Source: Longimicrobiales bacterium
Lineage (GTDB): Bacteria > Gemmatimonadota > Gemmatimonadetes > Longimicrobiales > Gaopeijiaceae
Assembly: GCA_965218295.1 (NCBI GenBank)
Contig: CBDCKN010000015.1
Coordinates: 384,001-448,000, forward strand
Direction: 5' to 3'
DNA: 64,000 nucleotides
Each line of letters opens with the position of its first letter. Positions within the stretch are counted from its first letter, which is position 1. The notes under the pieces are model-generated. The model ran no database searches and was not told where the DNA came from. It saw only the letters and a list, made by a program, of their open reading frames with translations. Below, one piece after another: positions 58,730 through 64,000 of this stretch. The translations under genes and the position numbers were made by a program.

Positions 58730-60646
58730 ATGGATAGCCTCAATGTGAAAGCTCGGACGCCCTTGGTGTCCGGGCTTTTCGTTTGCCTCAGCATCTTTGC
58801 CCTCGCGTGCACCACCGTGGGGGCGGCCGTCGACACGGAGTCGGGACCCACTGATCCGGCGCTCCAGGCGGGATCGGTCGATCCGAGGGGGCAGGCCGAG
58901 TCCGATCGTCTCCTCGCCGAAGCCCAGGCCGCTCTGGATGCGGCGGATTTCGCCCGGGCGAAGGAGGTGTCACGTCAGGTCGAAGCCTCCTACCCGACGG
59001 CACGGCGAAGCTCTCGAGCGCTCTGGATTCGCGCTCAGGCATCCGAAGCGATCGGTAAGGCCGATGAGGCCCTGGCGGCCGTCCGGCGATTCCGCACTTA
59101 CCTGCCGGATGGCGACGATCGCCGAGCGGCCGCCGTGGCGATTCTGGAGGGGGACGTCCTGGAGGCGCTGGGGCGGACCGTAGAGGCCGTGGAAGCCTGG
59201 TTGGCGACGCCGGCGGGGAACGACAATGACGTCGTCCAGGAACGCATTTCCCAGCGCGTGGGGGAGCTCACCGAGAGTGACCTCACAAGCCTGGCGGAAT
59301 CCGGTGGGCCACACGTTTCGCCCATCCTGGCCGAACTGGCTTTGAAGCGGTACGCCGCGGGGGCGGGGGACGACGCCCAGAGCTCAGCGCGACGAGCCCT
59401 GGAGTCGGGAGCGACCGGCCGGGCTCGGCGCATTGCCGAAGGGGTTCTCTCGGGTGACATGAGTGAGTTCTTCACCACTCCGGTCATTGGCGCGATTCTC
59501 CCGACGAGCGGCTCTCCTCGACTCAGGGAGTTCGCCGACCTGATTCAGGAGGGGATCCGGATCGCCCTCGAGCGGTTCGGACAGGCAGAACGGAATCGGA
59601 CGGCGGCCGAGCTGGTCATCCAGGACAACGGTGGGGTCATCGGAAACGCCCCCAGGCTGTTGGCCGCCCTCGACTCCGCGAATGCCCTCGGAGTTATCGG
59701 ACCCCTGCAAGACGGGGCGCTCTCGGAAGTGGCACGCCAGCGGCAGAGTCCCCTGGCCGTCATCTCTCCTACGGCACCCATCGTTCCGGAAGGCGCGGCA
59801 GGAGTCTACTCTCTCGCCGGTGATGATCAGGGAGCCTCGCAGGCCCTGGCCCGCTACGCCGTGGAGAGCGATCTACAGACCGCCGTGGTCATGTACCCGG
59901 AGAGCCGCGACGCCACGTTCGAGGCTCGCTCTTTCGTGAAGGCGTTCGAGTCGATGGGCGGCTCGGTTCTTCGCCAACTCGCATATCCGGCGGGTGCCAC
60001 CTTCTTCGGGGAGCAGCTCCAGGAGGTGGACTCCCTACGTCCGGACGCTCTGGTGCTGCCGCTTCCCGCGCGGGACGTGGAGCTCATGGCCCCCCAGGTG
60101 ACGTTCTACGGACTCGATTCCCTCGAAATCAGGGTCCTCGGCACGGCGGGATGGACCGAAGAGGACATGCTTTCCAGGGTCGATACCCGGCACACGAACG
60201 GGGTCGTGGCAGCGTCCCCCCAGCCGCCCGACCGTGAGGCCGAGGGCTACCGCCGCTTCGTGGACGCGTACGAGGCCTATCACCAGCGTACGCTGCCCAG
60301 CACGGTTCCTGCCCTGGGTTACGATGCGGCGGCCTTGCTGCTTGAGGGGATCCGCATGGGGGCGAGTACGCCCTCACAGCTTCTGGCCAATCTGGAGAAC
60401 ATCTCGGGCTTTCCCGGGGCCACGGGCGTTTTCTCCATCGAGGAAGGGCGCGTCGTTCGGGAGCACTTCGTCATCTGCCTCCAAGACCGGCGAGTACAAG
60501 CTATGCCGGTCGGGGCGCGAGCCGAGCCGATTCTCCTGCCACCGCTTCCCGATCCCGAGACCGACTCCATACCCGAGGGTGCTCCGGATCGAATCGTGGG
60601 GTTCCGCTGTCCCAGCTTCTCGCCATCAGCCCTGCCGGGGCGCTAA
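58730..60646 (+). CDS. TPR plus periplasmic-binding-fold lipoprotein (LpoA/LppC-like)
   Basis: Lipobox ALAC, TPR-like helices, IGAILPTSGS, VIGPL and ALGYDAA. Confidence 0.75.
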   Translation: MDSLNVKARTPLVSGLFVCLSIFALACTTVGAAVDTESGPTDPALQAGSVDPRGQAESDRLLAEAQAALDAADFARAKEVSRQVEASYPTARRSSRALWIRAQASEAIGKADEALAAVRRFRTYLPDGDDRRAAAVAILEGDVLEALGRTVEAVEAWLATPAGNDNDVVQERISQRVGELTESDLTSLAESGGPHVSPILAELALKRYAAGAGDDAQSSARRALESGATGRARRIAEGVLSGDMSEFFTTPVIGAILPTSGSPRLREFADLIQEGIRIALERFGQAERNRTAAELVIQDNGGVIGNAPRLLAALDSANALGVIGPLQDGALSEVARQRQSPLAVISPTAPIVPEGAAGVYSLAGDDQGASQALARYAVESDLQTAVVMYPESRDATFEARSFVKAFESMGGSVLRQLAYPAGATFFGEQLQEVDSLRPDALVLPLPARDVELMAPQVTFYGLDSLEIRVLGTAGWTEEDMLSRVDTRHTNGVVAASPQPPDREAEGYRRFVDAYEAYHQRTLPSTVPALGYDAAALLLEGIRMGASTPSQLLANLENISGFPGATGVFSIEEGRVVREHFVICLQDRRVQAMPVGARAEPILLPPLPDPETDSIPEGAPDRIVGFRCPSFSPSALPGR

Positions 60647-60694
60647 CGTGACCCACCGGTAGCTCGTCCATGGCCCTGTAGAGGAGAACGACGG

Positions 60695-62245
60695 ATGTCG
60701 ATGAAGGAAGAGCTCGAGCGCCTGCGGGAGCTCGAGCGTGTCGCACAACTCGGCGGGGGAGAGGCCCGCCTCGCCACCCAGCAGGAGCGAGGCAAGCTCA
60801 CCGCCCGGCAGAGGCTCGATCTGCTCCTGGACGAGGGCTCCTTCGTCGAGCTGGATCGGTTCGTCACGCACCGTTCCACTGACTTCGGCCTCGCCGACAA
60901 AAAAATCCTCGGCGACGGCGTGGTCACGGGCTACGGGACGATTCACGCCCGCCTCGTATACGTCTTCTCCCAGGATTTCACCGTGTTCGGGGGCTCCTTG
61001 TCCGAGTCCCATGCCGAGAAAATCGTGAAGCTCCAGGACCTGGCCCTAAAGAATGGAGCTCCGCTCATTGGGCTGAACGACTCGGGAGGCGCCCGCATCC
61101 AGGAGGGTGTGGTGTCGTTGGGAGGTTACGCCGACATCTTCCTGAGAAATACGCTCGCTTCCGGTGTGATCCCGCAGATCAGCGTGATTTTGGGCCCCTG
61201 CGCCGGAGGCGCGGTCTACTCGCCGGCCATCACTGACTTCGTATACATGGTCCGGGGCGTCAGCTACATGTTCGTGACCGGACCCAACGTGGTGAAGACG
61301 GTCACCCATGAGGATGTGGACATGGAGGGCCTGGGCGGTGCGGACGTGCACGGCTCCACGTCGGGAGTGGCTCAGTTCGTGCACGACTCGGAGCCGGAGT
61401 GTCTGGCGGCCGTCCGGGACCTGATGGGCTTCCTCCCGCAGAACAACACCGAGTCGTCTCCTGATCGGGATACGTCCGATCCACACGATCGTCGGTACGA
61501 GAAATTACGTGAGATCGTTCCTGATAACCCCAATAAGCCCTATGATATACATGATATCATAAGCCGTGTCGTAGACGACGGTGAGTTCTATGAGGTACAC
61601 GCATCCTTCGCGAAAAACCTCACCGTTGGTTTCGCACACCTGGGGGGACACGCCGTCGGCGTGATCGCGAATCAGCCGGCGGTGTTGGCCGGGGTTCTGG
61701 ACATCGACTCGTCGGTGAAGGGCGCCCGCTTCGTCCGATTCTGTGACGCCTTCAACATCCCGCTCATCGTCTTCGAAGACGTGCCGGGATTCCTCCCGGG
61801 AGTGGGCCAGGAGCACGGCGGCATCATCCGCCACGGGGCCAAGCTCCTCTACGCCTTCTCCGAGGCTACCGTTCCCAAGCTCACGGTCATTATACGCAAG
61901 GCGTATGGCGGTGCCTACGACGTCATGAACTCGAAGCACATCCGGGGAGACGTGAACCTCGCCTGGCCCACCGCCGAGATCGCGGTCATGGGGCCCAAAG
62001 GTGCCGTGGAGATTTTGTTCCGGAAGGAGATCGCCGAGTCCGACGACCCCGGGGGCCTAACGGAAGCGCGCATCAAGGAGTACCGCGAGCAGTTTGCCCA
62101 CCCCTACATCGCGGCGGCCCGTGGGTACATCGACGACGTCATCGACCCCCGCGACACCCGGCCCCGCCTCATCAGTTCTCTCGACATGCTCCGTAACAAG
62201 CGTGACGAGAACCCGCGAAAGAAGCACGGGAACGTTCCCCTCTAG
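60695..62245 (+). CDS. pccB: Acyl-CoA (propionyl-CoA/methylmalonyl-CoA) carboxyltransferase beta subunit
   Basis: [30 protein letters not shown] and KKHGNVPL motifs. Confidence 0.9.
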   Translation: MSMKEELERLRELERVAQLGGGEARLATQQERGKLTARQRLDLLLDEGSFVELDRFVTHRSTDFGLADKKILGDGVVTGYGTIHARLVYVFSQDFTVFGGSLSESHAEKIVKLQDLALKNGAPLIGLNDSGGARIQEGVVSLGGYADIFLRNTLASGVIPQISVILGPCAGGAVYSPAITDFVYMVRGVSYMFVTGPNVVKTVTHEDVDMEGLGGADVHGSTSGVAQFVHDSEPECLAAVRDLMGFLPQNNTESSPDRDTSDPHDRRYEKLREIVPDNPNKPYDIHDIISRVVDDGEFYEVHASFAKNLTVGFAHLGGHAVGVIANQPAVLAGVLDIDSSVKGARFVRFCDAFNIPLIVFEDVPGFLPGVGQEHGGIIRHGAKLLYAFSEATVPKLTVIIRKAYGGAYDVMNSKHIRGDVNLAWPTAEIAVMGPKGAVEILFRKEIAESDDPGGLTEARIKEYREQFAHPYIAAARGYIDDVIDPRDTRPRLISSLDMLRNKRDENPRKKHGNVPL

Positions 62246-62513
62246 GCAACGCTCCCGCCTATCGCCCGCATCACAGGGGTGACTTCGGGCGAGTGGCCCG
62301 GACGCGAGGACCAAACGGGAGGTAAGGACGGTGAAGCTGGACAACACACTGCGGTGTCTGACGGCGCTCGCACTGGCCATCACGACACTGCCCACGGGCA
62401 CCGAGGCACAGGACAGACACCGGGAGCGGAGGCACCGCTCGGTCATCCACATGCCGAACATCTTCGTGCAGAGTGCTTCCAGGGCCCGCCTTGGACTCTA
62501 CCTCGATGCCCGG

Positions 62514-63911
62514 GAGGTTGGGTCAATAGGTGTGTAAACGTATCAGGCGGCATTCTTCCGCTGTTGGTGTGAGACGGGCTTTCCGTCTTCGAACTTTCTT
62601 CCTTCAAATACGTCCTTGAGGAGGTGAGGAGCGTCGAGCCTTCGAAACCGCTTCTCAGCCACCAAGAGCAACTTCCAGATTAGCGCCGTAGCGCTCTCGA
62701 CCCGCTTGAACCGCTTCGCTGCCGTCGTCCTGAGCCGTACCGCGGCGAACGGGCTCTCGACCACGTTCGTCGTGCGTAGATGCTTCCAGTGGTCCTCGGG
62801 GAAGTCGTAGAACGCTACCATCCGCTCCCAGTCGTCCTCGAGTACGTCCACTGCTTTCGGATACCACGGCCTATAGCGTCGGGCGAACACCTCGCGGGCC
62901 TTCAGGGCCTCGGCCCGGCTCGGTGCGTAGACCACGGCCCGGAGAAGATCCTTCGCCTCGCCCTGCTCCCGCTGAGGTAGTCGGTCCAGCACGTTCCTCA
63001 TCTTGTGGTTCCAGCACCGTTGCTCGCCCGCCTCAGGCCATACCTGCCGTACTGCGCCCCAGATCGCCGCGTTGCCGTCCGCCATCAAAAGCCGGGGCGC
63101 CTCGATGCCGCGTGCCTTCAGATCCCGCAACACCTCCGACCAGGACTCGACCGACTCTCGGTAGCCCGATCTCAGGGCCAACACCTCCTTCGTCCCGTCT
63201 CGCATCGCGCCCAGCACCACCAGTAGCGCCGCCTTGTCCCGCTCGAGCCCTGCCTTCACATAGATCCCGTCCGCCCATACGTAGACGACCTCACGACCCT
63301 CCAGGCGACGCTGGCTCCATTCCTCGAACTCCGCCGTCCATCCCGCCCGCAGTCTCCGAATCGAAGACTTCGACAGCGGTGCCCCCTCGCCCAGCAGGCC
63401 CCGCATCGCCAACTCGAAGTCTCCCTCCGCCAGTCCGTGCAGATACAGCTCCGGAAGCAGAGCGCCCAGCTCCTTCGTCCGCCTCGCGAACAACGGCAGC
63501 ACGCGGCTCTCGAACCGCTCCTCAAGGCCTCGAACTCGAGGGCGTCGGAGTGTGATCGTGCCCGAGCTCATCGCCAGCCGCCTCGGCTTGCCGTATCCGT
63601 TGCGGTAGCCCTCGGTCGCGTCCACCACCCTCCTGCGCTCTGACTTCTCTCGCCCTAGCAACTCCGTGACTTCCTCCTCCAAGATCTGTTGAATGAACTC
63701 CTGCGCCTTCTCCCGAACCACTTCTTCCAGAACTTCCCACACGGGCGTCCTGGACTCACCCTCGGGTCCCACCGTATTCTTCCTCACGAGGCGTCGTTCC
63801 TTTCCCCCGGGCTGTCACCCGGAGTTCGCTGGTTATTACTCAGCGGAAAGGTACGTCGCCTCTCTTTTTACACACCCTTTGATCCTATTACACACCCTTT
63901 GATCCTAGCTC
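62514..63911 (-). mobile_element. IS256-family insertion sequence, copy 2, with 8-bp target duplication ATGCCCGG
   Basis: Direct repeat at 62506-62513 and 63912-63919; same IRs as copy 1. Confidence 0.96.
62543..63787 (-). CDS. IS256-family transposase
   Basis: 414 aa; differs from copy 1 at one visible residue (LRSG versus LRAG). Confidence 0.95.
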   Translation of the reverse strand: MRKNTVGPEGESRTPVWEVLEEVVREKAQEFIQQILEEEVTELLGREKSERRRVVDATEGYRNGYGKPRRLAMSSGTITLRRPRVRGLEERFESRVLPLFARRTKELGALLPELYLHGLAEGDFELAMRGLLGEGAPLSKSSIRRLRAGWTAEFEEWSQRRLEGREVVYVWADGIYVKAGLERDKAALLVVLGAMRDGTKEVLALRSGYRESVESWSEVLRDLKARGIEAPRLLMADGNAAIWGAVRQVWPEAGEQRCWNHKMRNVLDRLPQREQGEAKDLLRAVVYAPSRAEALKAREVFARRYRPWYPKAVDVLEDDWERMVAFYDFPEDHWKHLRTTNVVESPFAAVRLRTTAAKRFKRVESATALIWKLLLVAEKRFRRLDAPHLLKDVFEGRKFEDGKPVSHQQRKNAA

Positions 63912-64000
63912 ATGCCCGGCAGTCTCGGCGATACGACGATCAGGGCGCCCTGATCACTGACGTCATGCACCGATCACCGGCGGAGGACGCCGGCCTGCGC

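Larger units (their letters stand above)
62331..64000 (+). pseudogene. Secreted PDZ-domain protein disrupted by IS256
   Basis: Signal peptide and RARLGLYLDAR before the IS; the frame resumes after it as QSRRYDDQGALITDVMHRSPAEDAGLR, a PDZ signature. Confidence 0.85.

Noticed and set aside
36851..63911. Composite transposon or inversion bounded by the two inverted IS256 copies
   Set aside because: Copy 2 has its own matching 8-bp duplication, so it inserted independently. The enclosed DNA includes core genes.

Overview
High-GC bacterial chromosome segment. Gene content and protein style suggest Gemmatimonadota (Longimicrobiales-like); this is an inference, not a search result. Most of the window is housekeeping or metabolic: polA (3' end), ssb, two short sigma-70 paralogs, maeB-pckA, an mmsA/class III aminotransferase/Na+ symporter module, rsgA, a BtuFCD/FecBCD-type ABC importer, trpE, nadA-nadC, a TonB-dependent receptor, rnz-tyrA-aroA/cmk-rpsA and an acyl-CoA carboxylase beta subunit. 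Positions 36.8-41.6 kb hold a nested IS pile (IS256, an IS3 end relic, three copies of one IS3-family element inserted into itself), followed by tRNA-Leu(TAA) and an accessory region with gene relics. A second IS256 disrupts a PDZ-protein gene at the right end. The best candidate for an undescribed system is an operon at 26.9-30.1 kb. It encodes a membrane protein, an Mre11/SbcD homolog with lost catalytic ligands, and a miniature Rad50/SbcC that keeps the zinc hook but has degenerate ATPase motifs. Other highlights: a sigma-54 promoter in front of a sigma-70-family gene, a structured nadA leader, an IS630-type MITE family, an aroA-cmk fusion that depends on a G9 tract, and repeat-expanded acidic tails on ribosomal protein S1. 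No CRISPR array, rRNA, integrase or reverse transcriptase was seen.
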